Shown: positions 10,803 through 20,275, numbered from the stretch's first letter. The stretch is DNA of 64,000 nt from Prochlorococcus sp. HOT208_60m_808G21 (GCA_002026015.1 MWOY01000108.1:14925-78924), one strand, 5' to 3'. Notes: a model not told the origin generated them from the sequence alone. Numbers and translations are program-made.

Positions 10803-11441
10803 CTATAAAGCATTAGTTGATTCTATTGATAAAATTGTACCTCTGAGATGATTATCATCTAACCTCATAGATAGAGGATTTCCAATTAGTCTTGCCGTCG
10901 AGTAATAAAGATCATCTATTTTTATTAAACCATTCTCTTTGAGAGTCTTTCCGGTTGCAACCAAATCAACTATTGCCTCTGCCATACCCGTAATAGGACC
11001 AAGCTCGACTGATCCTGTCAAATGAACTATTTCTACAGGAATATTTAATTCTTCAAAATAAGATCTTGCTGTTTTTATAAATTTACTTGCTACTTTACAA
11101 TTCGCTGGAAGATCGGTTGGTTTTAAATAATTGCTATTTTTCTTAACCGCCAACGACATATGACAACCACCAAATCCTAAATCTAATAATTTTGCGACTT
11201 TTAATTCAGATTCTCGTAAAACGTCATACCCAACAATACCCAAATCAGCCTGACCATAACTTACATAAACAGGCACATCTCCATTTCTTACTAATAGAGC
11301 TTTTGCCCGTTTGCAATTTGATTCAAAGGTTAATGATCTATTATTTTCTTCCAACGCATTAGAGAAATCTAACCCAGCTTTTTTAAAAGTTGAAATTGAA
11401 TCTTTTAACAGAGCTCCTTTTGGTAAAGCTATAGTAATCAT
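10803..11441 (-). CDS. hisG: ATP phosphoribosyltransferase (short form)
   Basis: [30 protein letters not shown]. Confidence 0.95.
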   Translation of the reverse strand: MITIALPKGALLKDSISTFKKAGLDFSNALEENNRSLTFESNCKRAKALLVRNGDVPVYVSYGQADLGIVGYDVLRESELKVAKLLDLGFGGCHMSLAVKKNSNYLKPTDLPANCKVASKFIKTARSYFEELNIPVEIVHLTGSVELGPITGMAEAIVDLVATGKTLKENGLIKIDDLYYSTARLIGNPLSMRLDDNHLRGTILSIESTNAL

Positions 11442-11481
11442 AGATCAATTTCTTCCAAGGATTCTTCATTCTAATTTAACA

Positions 11482-12222
11482 ATGGAATTTAATAAAGCTC
11501 CAAATATAATCGGACTTAGAGTTTTAAGTGATAACGTCATTTGGTTGTTAGTAAAAGATAAATCAGTTGTAGTTGTAGATCCATCTGTTCACGAACCAGT
11601 TATTAGATATATAAATGAAAACAATTTTCACTTAGAAGCAATTTTGCAAACTCATCATCATTCAGACCATATTGGAGGGACGAAGACTCTTATTGAAAGA
11701 TGGCCAAATGTAAAAGTTATTGCTTCTTCCAAAGAAAAAAAGCGAATACCTTTTCAAAATATATCTGTAGAGGATGGAGAAACTTTAAATATTTTAGGTG
11801 AAGAAGTAAAAATAATTGAAGTATTAGGTCATACAAGCTCTCATATTGCCTTCTTTTTGGATGGAGAAAATCCTGTTCTTTTTATTGGTGACACATTATT
11901 TTCTGGAGGATGTGGAAGAATTTTTGAGGGAACTTATCAACAAATGTATTCTTCACTAGAAAGAATCAAATCTCTACCAAAAAATACTCTCATATATTGC
12001 GCACATGAATATACAAAGGAAAATATATTGTGGGCATTGAATCTCAGGCCAGAAAATCAAGATATAAAAAATAAACTTTCGGAAGTTGAAAAAAAACTTT
12101 CTCTTAATGAATTGACAATTCCATTTTTACTTGATGAAGAAATGAAAATAAACCTTTTCTTAAGAGCAAAAAATTTAGAAGAATTTACTTTTTTAAGAGC
12201 AAATAAAGATTTATGGGTTTAA
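11482..12222 (+). CDS. gloB: Hydroxyacylglutathione hydrolase (glyoxalase II)
   Basis: [30 protein letters not shown]; start moved to ATG 11482 because the longer ORF overlaps hisG. Confidence 0.9.
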   Translation: MEFNKAPNIIGLRVLSDNVIWLLVKDKSVVVVDPSVHEPVIRYINENNFHLEAILQTHHHSDHIGGTKTLIERWPNVKVIASSKEKKRIPFQNISVEDGETLNILGEEVKIIEVLGHTSSHIAFFLDGENPVLFIGDTLFSGGCGRIFEGTYQQMYSSLERIKSLPKNTLIYCAHEYTKENILWALNLRPENQDIKNKLSEVEKKLSLNELTIPFLLDEEMKINLFLRAKNLEEFTFLRANKDLWV

Positions 12223-12246
12223 ATAGATAGGTATCTTCTTAAACAA

Positions 12247-12639
12247 ATGTCCCCCAAACAAGTAATTAAAACATCAAATGCTCCAGATCCAGTAGGACCT
12301 TATAATCAAGCAATAAAAGCTGGGGATTTCATCTATTGTTCTGGTCAAATTGCTATAGACCCAGCTTTAAATGAAATAACATGTTTAGGTGATATAGAGA
12401 AGGAAACCATTCAAGTTTTAAAAAATCTCGCAGAAGTTCTTAAAGCTGGTGGAGCCAAAATAGAGGATGTAATAAAAACAACTATTTACTTAACGGACTT
12501 AAGTAATTTTCAAATTGTCAATAAAATTTATAGTGATTTTTTTAATATTGAGAATCCTCCCGCAAGGGCCTGTGTGGAAGTTTCATCTCTACCAAAAGGA
12601 GTTTTAGTTGAAATAGATTGCGTCGCATTTCTAGATTAA
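12247..12639 (+). CDS. ridA: RidA/YjgF enamine deaminase
   Basis: GPYNQA, SGQIA, PARACVEVSSLPKG, VEID. Confidence 0.9.
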   Translation: MSPKQVIKTSNAPDPVGPYNQAIKAGDFIYCSGQIAIDPALNEITCLGDIEKETIQVLKNLAEVLKAGGAKIEDVIKTTIYLTDLSNFQIVNKIYSDFFNIENPPARACVEVSSLPKGVLVEIDCVAFLD

Positions 12640-12724
12640 TTTCTAATTATTGAGAAATTTGAAATATGAACCAATTGTGCACCATAGTTGTATAGATTAT
12701 TAGTTGACAATCCATCTTTGTTCT

Positions 12725-12952
12725 ATGTCAGCAGCAAAGCTTAATATAGATGAACTAGAAGCAGGTTATCCTTTATTTTGCAAAGCTCTTAGACTATTAA
12801 TTTTAAAAGGAAACTCAGTTAAAGATATAGAAAAGACAGTGTGTTGGAGTCATCTTGAAACTTTAAATAGATGTTTACCTGGTAGATATAAAGCACCAAC
12901 ATATTTAATGGCTTTAATCAAAAGAGATATTGCAAAGCCAAATAATTATTAA
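12725..12952 (+). CDS. DUF3136-family protein (picocyanobacterial cso neighbourhood)
   Basis: ELEAGYPLFCKALR...TVCW..LETL..CLP.RYKAP; ATG 12725 preferred over TTG 12704. Confidence 0.7.
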   Translation: MSAAKLNIDELEAGYPLFCKALRLLILKGNSVKDIEKTVCWSHLETLNRCLPGRYKAPTYLMALIKRDIAKPNNY

Positions 12953-12958
12953 AAAAAA

Positions 12959-13198
12959 CTAATCTTGTAAATAAAATTTATCAATATCCATTGAAAAGTC
13001 TTTTTCTTTGTCTGATATCTCTTTATTTTCTAAAAATATTGAAAGACTTACAAAATTCTTTCCGAAGCTGATATTTGGATAGATATTCCTTTCTTTACAT
13101 AATTTCTCAATTTCCCCCATGAATTTACTAATTTTTGAGTATTGATCAAATTCAAATCTTTTTTCAATCCTAAAAGGTGATTCTTTTTCTTTCCACAT
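12959..13198 (-). CDS. Pterin-4a-carbinolamine dehydratase-like protein (acRAF-type RuBisCO assembly factor)
   Basis: W....P.RIEKRFEF..Y and YPNISFGKNFVS; position at the end of the cso operon. Confidence 0.78.
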   Translation of the reverse strand: MWKEKESPFRIEKRFEFDQYSKISKFMGEIEKLCKERNIYPNISFGKNFVSLSIFLENKEISDKEKDFSMDIDKFYLQD

Positions 13199-13273
13199 TA
13201 CATTCTTTATTCAAGACTAATTACACTATACCTTCAACAAAGTTTCTCAATAAAATTTTTGAAGATAAAATTT

Positions 13274-13522
13274 TTAGTCACTCTCCCAATAATCAATAAT
13301 ACCGCCAATTGTTAAATCGGTTTGAACTTCAGGATTAGGGCATGCAAATCTAGCGGCAGACCCACTAGCAGTAAAAACCCAGTTACCTTCTCTAGCTCCA
13401 ACAGGATCAACAGCAACTAATTTCTTTCCTTTATTATTTTCTAAAATTCGTAAATTCATATGACCTAAGCCAGCGACTCTTTGAGTGCATACCATCCTTC
13501 CTAATACCTTCATAATTTCCAC
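13274..13522 (-). CDS. csoS4B: Carboxysome vertex protein (peptide B)
   Basis: EutN/CcmL fold: VAVDPVGA, SGSAAR, TDLTIGGIID. Confidence 0.93.
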   Translation of the reverse strand: MEIMKVLGRMVCTQRVAGLGHMNLRILENNKGKKLVAVDPVGAREGNWVFTASGSAARFACPNPEVQTDLTIGGIIDYWESD

Positions 13523-13539
13523 AATTTATATCCTCCTTT

Positions 13540-13791
13540 TTATGACTTGTCAGGATCCCAATGATCAATAATTCCAACAATTGTTAAATCGCTTGGATAC
13601 GATTTACTTCCCGCAGCTTCTCTAGCAGCAGAACTTCCAACACAAATAACCCAATCTCCTGGCTTACAGCCAACAGAATCAACTGCAACCTTTTTTGAAG
13701 AACCATCTAATACGACCTGCAGATGTTTATGTTCAAAACCAGGAATCCTATTGGTAGAAACAAGTGGTTTTACAACCTTGCAAATTAACAT
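13540..13791 (-). CDS. csoS4A: Carboxysome vertex protein (peptide A)
   Basis: PLVSTNRIP, VAVDSVG, SSAAREAAG, SDLTIVGIIDHW. Confidence 0.93.
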   Translation of the reverse strand: MLICKVVKPLVSTNRIPGFEHKHLQVVLDGSSKKVAVDSVGCKPGDWVICVGSSAAREAAGSKSYPSDLTIVGIIDHWDPDKS

Positions 13792-13793
13792 AA

Positions 13794-15323
13794 TTAGTGA
13801 GCCTCCTCTGTTTTTTTATCTAAAGACATTCCAATAATTTGGGCGGAATGAATTTTGTCCCTATCTCTAATAGTAGAGCAAGTATGTAACAAACCTTGAT
13901 CAACTAAATTTTTATATCTAATTGATATCGCATTATTAACTCTTTCACAATCATTTATTGCCCTCTCTTTTGCGCCTGGCACTTTCCCAGAGTAATCAAA
14001 TCTTATTACTACCGGAATAGGTAGATCTTGAGAAACATTTAATCCTGTAAAAATCTTCACTCCTACATCTAAATCTGGAGCCCCTTCTTCGACTGTATCT
14101 AAATGAGCAAAATAAGTTAAATTTCTGAGATGTACTTCTTTGAAACCTATACCTACTCCAATAAACCTCTCTGCATGTCCAATATCTTCATAAGAACCAT
14201 TATGAAAACTCTTAACATAATCAATTTGAGAAATATTATTGACAATTAATTTATACGTAAATTTTTCCAGTCCACTGAGTTTATCTTTGGAAGATTGCTT
14301 AGAAATTGTCTGGCAAATTTCTCTTTGCGCATCCTCTTTTGAGAAATTTATTGTTGAATTATAAATTTCTAATGTAGAAATAGTTTTTTCTAAATCTATA
14401 CCGCCATCTCTGGTTGATAAATGTATTTTCAATGAATCAGTGTCTGTATCAAGTCCGATTAACATTAAATCCACAGAAGCTCCACAGCAAAAGCTATTCT
14501 CTACAGCCTCTTTGAAAGCATATAATTTATTTCTACCTTCTGCTGCAGCTAACTCGTCATTACTCCCATGAGCTGCGCATCCCTGATGCAAAGGATCTAC
14601 TGAACTAAAATGATAAGTTACAACTTTTAAGTACCTGGTATCTTTATGAGCTTCATTAGGAACATTCTCTCTATATCTTTTATGTTCAGTTTTAACCCAT
14701 CGATTAACGGTATTTTCAATATCAAACAGTGCTCCAGCATGAGATCTTCTTCTTACTGAACTAAAAGGTATTCTCATTACATAAGCAACTGAATGAGCTA
14801 ATCTTCCATCTGAACAAGGAGTTATATCAAGTAAATGTATTCCACAATCTAAAAGAAATTTTTCAAAGTCTTCCGCATCTCTACTTCCAGCAGCACCTTC
14901 AAGTGGATCATTTTTAAAAAAATTATCGCTAAGTTTCTCATGCTGTTTGAAAGCACACCATGCATATAAAGCTCTCATATCAAGAGGTTTAACCCAAGAT
15001 TTATCTAATACATGTAGGGGTAAATCTATTCCCAAATTTTTTCTTGATATTTTCTGAGCCTTATTAATAAAATCTTCATGATGTTGAATTCGGGCAATTT
15101 CCTTGAGAGTTGGAACAATTTCGTCAAAATCACTTTTTATTTTACTTTCATACCTAAATAGATTTTCATTTTGAATATTATTGGTTAATTTATGAGACTT
15201 TCCAGAATCGATTAAATTATTTGAATCTTTATTTTGTATATGGATATTTTCAGTAAAAGTTTTCATTGGAGCGGTTGGCCCCAATGTGAAGTTCTTGGCT
15301 TTAGCCAGTCCTCTTAAAGGCAT
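13794..15323 (-). CDS. csoS3: Carboxysomal carbonic anhydrase CsoSCA
   Basis: PCSDGR and HFS...HQGCAAHGS zinc ligands. Confidence 0.95.
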   Translation of the reverse strand: MPLRGLAKAKNFTLGPTAPMKTFTENIHIQNKDSNNLIDSGKSHKLTNNIQNENLFRYESKIKSDFDEIVPTLKEIARIQHHEDFINKAQKISRKNLGIDLPLHVLDKSWVKPLDMRALYAWCAFKQHEKLSDNFFKNDPLEGAAGSRDAEDFEKFLLDCGIHLLDITPCSDGRLAHSVAYVMRIPFSSVRRRSHAGALFDIENTVNRWVKTEHKRYRENVPNEAHKDTRYLKVVTYHFSSVDPLHQGCAAHGSNDELAAAEGRNKLYAFKEAVENSFCCGASVDLMLIGLDTDTDSLKIHLSTRDGGIDLEKTISTLEIYNSTINFSKEDAQREICQTISKQSSKDKLSGLEKFTYKLIVNNISQIDYVKSFHNGSYEDIGHAERFIGVGIGFKEVHLRNLTYFAHLDTVEEGAPDLDVGVKIFTGLNVSQDLPIPVVIRFDYSGKVPGAKERAINDCERVNNAISIRYKNLVDQGLLHTCSTIRDRDKIHSAQIIGMSLDKKTEEAH

Positions 15324-15330
15324 TATTTAC

Positions 15331-17634
15331 TTAACCTCTTGCACCACCTGAAAAGGTAACAAGTTGTCCTTCGCGAGTATTACCACTAGATCCAGTTATC
15401 AAGAAATCTGGTTTTTCTGTTTCCTCATTTCTTTTAACTTCCATAGGGGGCATTGCACTCATAAATCCTGCTCTTGATGGATTTCGCTTTCTAGAAGAAG
15501 CTCCCTCAGTGCCTGTTACCTTATCACCACGATCCCAATCATCACCAGTTACGTTTCCCACTGATTGTCCTTCACCAGTAATCCTTGATGCTACTCTTTT
15601 TTCGGGCGTCTTTGCAGCCCGGTCTGCCTCTTCAATTTCCATTTTTTGTTTATAAGTAATATTTTTATTCGGTTCAAATCTAAATTTTTCAGTCCCAGTT
15701 ACCTTATCAACTGCCATATCAAAAGGTCCTGTTACCTTTGAACCATTTTCATATTCATTACCCGTGACACCTTGAGTATTTTTTTCAGAATATTTATCTC
15801 TTGATGGTGATTTAACAGAGAATTCATTCCAAGAGTTACCTGCTGACTTTTCGGGATTCGCATAAACAGTATCAGAAGGAGGATTATCACAAGTTTGTGA
15901 GAACTGATCTCCACCAACATAAGGAGTACCTGTTAGGTTTTTACAAGCACCTTTCTTAGCACCTGTCATTACTCCGTCAATTCCTGGTTGTTGTCCTGTT
16001 AGTCTGGCATTTGAATTATTTCCAGAATTAACTGTTGCTCGGGATTTAATATCTTCTGAAATCTCAGTACTACAATTTTCATTAATCTGATCTAAGCCTG
16101 CGTATGGTGTTCCTGTTAACACTTTGCATGAACCTGGTTCATCTCCAGTTACTATTTCTGATCTTCCTGTCATAGTGCCGCTTATTAAATTTGACTTTGA
16201 AGAAAGGCTTAAACCTACTTTTCTAGCTTCTGGTTTTGGTTTTGAACCGCAAAACTTCTCATATTGTTGAGATCCTATGTACTCATCACCAGTTACATTC
16301 TTACAACTCCCATGTTCATTACCTGTCATATGGTCTGATCTTCCAACCCCTGTACCAGTTACATTATTCCCATTAAGAGTGTTGTAACTGCCTACTTTTT
16401 CAAATGCTTTACCTTTTGGATTTGGCTCAGAGCCAAGATATTGATCTCCAGTTAATTGATGTCCAGAACCTGATTCATCTCCAGTAACTAAGGTTGATCT
16501 ACCAGGAAGTGATCCAGATACTTTTAATCCATCGGTTGTAGTGCTGTGTTTAACCTTTGAAGGATTTCTTGGGACATCACCACAATACTTCTGCGATTGA
16601 TTAGAAGATGCATATTCAGTGCCTGTAAGGTTTTTACAAGTCCCTGGCTCATCGCCTGTGACCCTATCAGATCTACCAACTTCATTTCCAGTTACTTTAT
16701 TACCTGATGTTGTAGAGGTAACAGTAGATCTAAGTGGTTGTTTATAACTTGGTCTTTCTTGACAAAATTGATCAGTAACTTCTGCTCCCATATATTGGGT
16801 ACCAGTTACAGTTCTGCATGTACTTGCTTCATTACCTGTAGTTTTTACAGATCTATTAGCTTGAGTTCCAGTAACTATTTGACCTGAATCAGTTTCACTT
16901 TTACCAACTTTCCAGCTAGCATCCGCAATATTTTGTTTGGCACCATTTTTGTTTGGACCACATGGTCTACATTTACCATTACCTTTTTTGCCTGTAGCAC
17001 CAGTTTTACTTCTTAGCTCTCTCACTCTCTGAGAAATCTCTCTACTACTTAAATCTGGGTCTCCCCTTCTAGCTAATGAAGCGGCACTAGTATTTTGTTT
17101 AGTTGCTGATTTACCATGTTTAGATTGAGCTTCTCTTCTCGCCAAAACAATATCTCTACTTGTATTAGTAATAGGCTTTCTCTTCTGATTAATTCTTCTC
17201 TTAACGTTGGGGTTAAGGGACTTAGATTCTGTACTAGTTGAATCCTGGATTTCTTGATTTTTACTTATGGTTGATTTAACTGTGTTTACAGGACTTTCTT
17301 TTTTAACATCAGTACGGGTTCTATCGGATGAAGTTATAGCTGATTTCCCATGGGTAGACATTGCTTTTCTTCTCTCTATTACTAACTCTTTACTAGATAA
17401 AGTTGTTGAAGAATTTAAGTTTACCTGAGTTTTTGGAATATGTTTTGTAGCTGGTTTAGAAATATTATGATTATTAGGAGAAGACTGAGTCCCAGAAATC
17501 TGTATATCTTGAGAAGATCGAACTCTATCTTTGGTAGTTGAAGAATAAGCAGCAGCTTTTTTACCGCTATCACTCATAGCCTTTCTTCTTTCAAGTGCAA
17601 TCTCTCTACTGGTTTTTTTTGACATGATCTTCAA
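15331..17634 (-). CDS. csoS2: Carboxysome assembly protein CsoS2 (start could be 17625)
   Basis: N-terminal R..A..RR.A.S..GK repeats, many [VLI][TS]G middle repeats with Cys, C-terminal VTFSGGARG. Confidence 0.96.
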   Translation of the reverse strand: MKIMSKKTSREIALERRKAMSDSGKKAAAYSSTTKDRVRSSQDIQISGTQSSPNNHNISKPATKHIPKTQVNLNSSTTLSSKELVIERRKAMSTHGKSAITSSDRTRTDVKKESPVNTVKSTISKNQEIQDSTSTESKSLNPNVKRRINQKRKPITNTSRDIVLARREAQSKHGKSATKQNTSAASLARRGDPDLSSREISQRVRELRSKTGATGKKGNGKCRPCGPNKNGAKQNIADASWKVGKSETDSGQIVTGTQANRSVKTTGNEASTCRTVTGTQYMGAEVTDQFCQERPSYKQPLRSTVTSTTSGNKVTGNEVGRSDRVTGDEPGTCKNLTGTEYASSNQSQKYCGDVPRNPSKVKHSTTTDGLKVSGSLPGRSTLVTGDESGSGHQLTGDQYLGSEPNPKGKAFEKVGSYNTLNGNNVTGTGVGRSDHMTGNEHGSCKNVTGDEYIGSQQYEKFCGSKPKPEARKVGLSLSSKSNLISGTMTGRSEIVTGDEPGSCKVLTGTPYAGLDQINENCSTEISEDIKSRATVNSGNNSNARLTGQQPGIDGVMTGAKKGACKNLTGTPYVGGDQFSQTCDNPPSDTVYANPEKSAGNSWNEFSVKSPSRDKYSEKNTQGVTGNEYENGSKVTGPFDMAVDKVTGTEKFRFEPNKNITYKQKMEIEEADRAAKTPEKRVASRITGEGQSVGNVTGDDWDRGDKVTGTEGASSRKRNPSRAGFMSAMPPMEVKRNEETEKPDFLITGSSGNTREGQLVTFSGGARG

Positions 17635-17660
17635 GTTTAAATTCTTTAAAAAGACTTTTG

Positions 17661-17694
17661 AAAAACTTTCTCCAAAAATATTTTTTGGAGAAAG
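17661..17694 (-). terminator. Intrinsic terminator/attenuator between rbcS and csoS2
   Basis: Perfect 13-bp inverted repeat CTTTCTCCAAAAA-TAT-TTTTTGGAGAAAG (17666-17694) followed on the - strand by UUUUU. Confidence 0.7.
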
Positions 17695-17716
17695 ATATTT
17701 ACTACATAAAGTAGAT

Positions 17717-18058
17717 TTAACGTCCTTGGAAAACTACAAAAGCTGTTCCTTGGCTTTGAGTGTAAGCATCGTATCCGATGATTCTTACATGGTGATCAGG
17801 GTATGCTCTATGACATGCCTCTAGTTCACTTACAACCAAGTTAAGGTCTTTTTCCCCAAAAAATGGGAGCTTCCAATAAGACCAATAAGTTTGCATACTT
17901 CCACTGGGATGAACATGCTCAATAACAGGACTCCAGCCTTGAGCAATTATGTATGCAATTTGATCGTATATTTCTTCCTGGGTCATCGGTGGTAAGAAAC
18001 CGAATGTTTCCAGGGTTGCAACTGTTTGATAGTCGCCTACTGTGCTCTGGAAAGGCAT
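17717..18058 (-). CDS. rbcS: RuBisCO small subunit, form IA
   Basis: ETFGFLPP, YWSYWKLPFFG, HHVRIIGYDAYTQ. Confidence 0.98.
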   Translation of the reverse strand: MPFQSTVGDYQTVATLETFGFLPPMTQEEIYDQIAYIIAQGWSPVIEHVHPSGSMQTYWSYWKLPFFGEKDLNLVVSELEACHRAYPDHHVRIIGYDAYTQSQGTAFVVFQGR

Positions 18059-18112
18059 AATTAATTTAAATGTGAATGAAATTACTCGTAATAGAACGAG
18101 ATTTGTAGAAGT

Positions 18113-18137
18113 TTGAGGAGAAGAATAATCTCCCCAA
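18113..18137 (-). other. Stem-loop in the rbcL-rbcS spacer
   Basis: mRNA-sense UUGGGGAGA-UUAUUCU-UCUCCUCAA, 9 bp with a G-U pair that works only on the - strand. Confidence 0.5.
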
Positions 18138-18151
18138 TTTTGAAATCTGGT

Positions 18152-19567
18152 TTAACCTTGAACGTCTAGTTTGTCGACGGTATCAAATTCAAACTTAATT
18201 TCCTTCCAAGTTTCAAGAGCAATAGCTAATTCAGGACTGTGTTTAGCAGCTTCCATAAGAATGTCTCTACTCTCTTTTTCGATTTCGCGACCAGCATTAC
18301 GTGCTTTTACACAAGCTTCTAAAGCGACTCTATTGGCTGCAGCTCCAGCAGCTGAACCCCATGGATGGCCATGTGTTCCTCCACCGAACTGAAGACAAGA
18401 ATCATCTCCAAAAATTGCTAAGAGTGCAGGCATATGCCATACGTGAATACCACCTGATGCGACAGCAAATACTCCAGGCATTGAACCCCAATCTTGATCA
18501 AAGAAGTTACCTCTTGATCTATCTTCAGGAACAAATGACTCTCTTAAGTTGTCAATGTAACCAAGAGTTGTTTGACGATCACCTTCTAGTTTTCCAACAA
18601 CTGTTCCAGTATGTAATTGATCTCCTCCGGAGAGTCTCAAACATTTTGCTAGAACCCTGAAATGGATACCATGTTTTGGATGTCTATCAATAACAGCATG
18701 CATAGCTCTATGAATATGTAGAAGCATGCCATTTTTGCGACACCAGTTTGCTAATCCAGTATTTGCAGTAAAACCGCCAGTTATATAATCATGCATGATG
18801 ATTGGCATATCTAGCTCTTTAGCAAATTCAGCTCTTTCGTAGAGTTCTTCAGGAGTGTTAGCAGTACAGTTTAAGTAGTGACCTTTAACTTCTCCAGTTT
18901 CTTGCTGGGCAAGCTTAACTGCTTCTGCAACAAACTCAAATCTTTCTCTCCAACGCTGGAATGGTTGAGAATTTATATTCTCGTCATCCTTCGTTAAATC
19001 AAGACCACCTCTAAGGCACTCGTATACAACTCGACCATAGTTTTTACCAGATAATCCTAATTTAGGTTTAATGGTACAACCAAGAAGAGGTCTTCCATAT
19101 TTGTTTAAACGATCTCTTTCAACTACGATTCCATTTGGTGGACCACCGCAAGTTTTGATGAAAGCGATTGGAAATCTAATATCTTCTAGACGTAAGTGTC
19201 TTAGAGCTTTAAATCCAAAAACGTTTCCTACTAGAGATGTTAATACGTTTGTAATAGAACCTTCTTCAAAAAGATCTAAAGGATATGCAATAAAAGCATA
19301 AAAAGCTTCAGGATCTCCAGGAACGTCTTCTATACGATAACAACGTCCTTTATAAAATTCTAAGTCTGTAAGTAACTCGGACCAAACTGTTGACCAAGTA
19401 CCTGTTGAAGATTCAGCGGCAACAGCTGCTGCAACTTCTTCTCTTGGAACACCTTCCTGACCTGTACATTTGAAACAGGCTAGTAAATCGGTGTCTAGGG
19501 GTACATATTCTGGAGTCCAGTAGGTATCTCTGTACTCCTTTACCCCTGCATCATACTTCTTACTCAT
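18152..19567 (-). CDS. rbcL: RuBisCO large subunit, form IA
   Basis: [10 protein letters not shown] catalytic motif, [19 protein letters not shown]. Confidence 0.99.
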
Positions 19568-19636
19568 AAGGATAAATTTAGGTCTGTGTAGGGAAAATAA
19601 TTATTGTGCAAAATTTATAAATCTTGCTTTACTTAA

Positions 19637-19948
19637 TTAGTCCTTTTGACCAAGAAATTCACCGTTACCTAGAGCAGGTTCAACTTCTCTGTGAGGACGA
19701 GCAATAATGTGAGCTGCAACTAAACCGTCGCCAACTCTTTCACAAGCATCGGCACCAGCTCTTACAGCTGCGTTAACTGCGCCTGTTTCGCCTCTAACTA
19801 ATACTGTGACATAACCGCCGCCAACGAATTCACGACCTATAAGGCGAACTTCTGCTGCCTTTGTCATTGCGTCTGCTGCTTCGATTGCAGGTACAAGTCC
19901 GCGTGTCTCGATCATGCCGAGAGCGATACCCATTGTTTCTGTAGCCAT
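19637..19948 (-). CDS. csoS1: Major carboxysome shell protein (BMC-H)
   Basis: GIALGMIETRGLVPAIEAADAMTKAA, HIIARPH. Confidence 0.97.
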   Translation of the reverse strand: MATETMGIALGMIETRGLVPAIEAADAMTKAAEVRLIGREFVGGGYVTVLVRGETGAVNAAVRAGADACERVGDGLVAAHIIARPHREVEPALGNGEFLGQKD

Positions 19949-19985
19949 TGTCTACTAAATACTAAATGTGGAATGTTCAATCCGA

Positions 19986-20015
19986 AGAATGCTTCATTAA
20001 GTACTTATAAGTCAA
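19986..20015 (-). promoter_or_regulatory. Putative sigma70 promoter of the csoS1-rbcLS operon
   Basis: - strand TTGACT (20015-20010), 18-nt spacer, CATTCT (19991-19986); predicted start near 19980. Confidence 0.5.
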
Positions 20016-20057
20016 GCGTTTTCGATAAAATCTCCATTAATGTTTTTTCTATCATTC

Positions 20058-20072
20058 ATAAGTTAAACTTAT
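20058..20072. promoter_or_regulatory. LysR-type (RbcR/CbbR-like) palindrome
   Basis: ATAAG-TTAAA-CTTAT, a perfect dyad with a T-N11-A core, upstream of the csoS1 promoter. Confidence 0.45.
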
Positions 20073-20135
20073 CACCCTTGGTACTATTGATATGTCAATA
20101 CTTATGCAAATTAGTTAGTGCATCAAAACATACTG

Positions 20136-20164
20136 TTGTGTTAAGAAAAAATTTACATTATGTT
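20136..20164 (+). promoter_or_regulatory. Putative promoter for the structured RNA or HAM1 leader
   Basis: TTGTGT (20136-41), 17 nt, TATGTT (20159-64); predicted start G20171 coincides with the start of the stem. Confidence 0.4.
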
Positions 20165-20170
20165 ATTTCC

Positions 20171-20230
20171 GTACGAGGCAGGCCCTGTCTACACAGGTGT
20201 GGAATGTTCAACCTTTCCTGTCTCCGTATC
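20171..20230 (+). ncRNA. Candidate structured RNA antisense to the csoS1 leader
   Basis: Outer stem UACGAGGCAGG/CCUGUCUCCGUA, inner hairpin CCUGU-CUAC-ACAGG; contains TGTCTAC and TGTGGAATGTTCAA, also present at 19949-55 and 19967-80. Confidence 0.5.
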
Positions 20231-20275
20231 TAGCTTTGAAGTAAGATAATATTCTCAATAAATTTATTTGTTATT

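Noticed and set aside
11311-11481. N-terminal extension of gloB overlapping hisG
   Set aside because: It is the antisense shadow of hisG; the glyoxalase II domain begins after ATG 11482
15331-17634. Programmed -1 frameshift in csoS2 as in Halothiobacillus, and the csoS2 repeats as a novel array
   Set aside because: By eye I found no correctly phased slippery heptamer (GAA AAA AGA near 15600 is out of phase); the repeats are the known N- and M-region protein repeats
19973-20233. 86-aa ORF on the + strand in the csoS1-HAM1 spacer
   Set aside because: It spans both predicted promoters and the structured element, has no recognisable motif, and its repeated MFN peptide simply reflects the duplicated nucleotide motif
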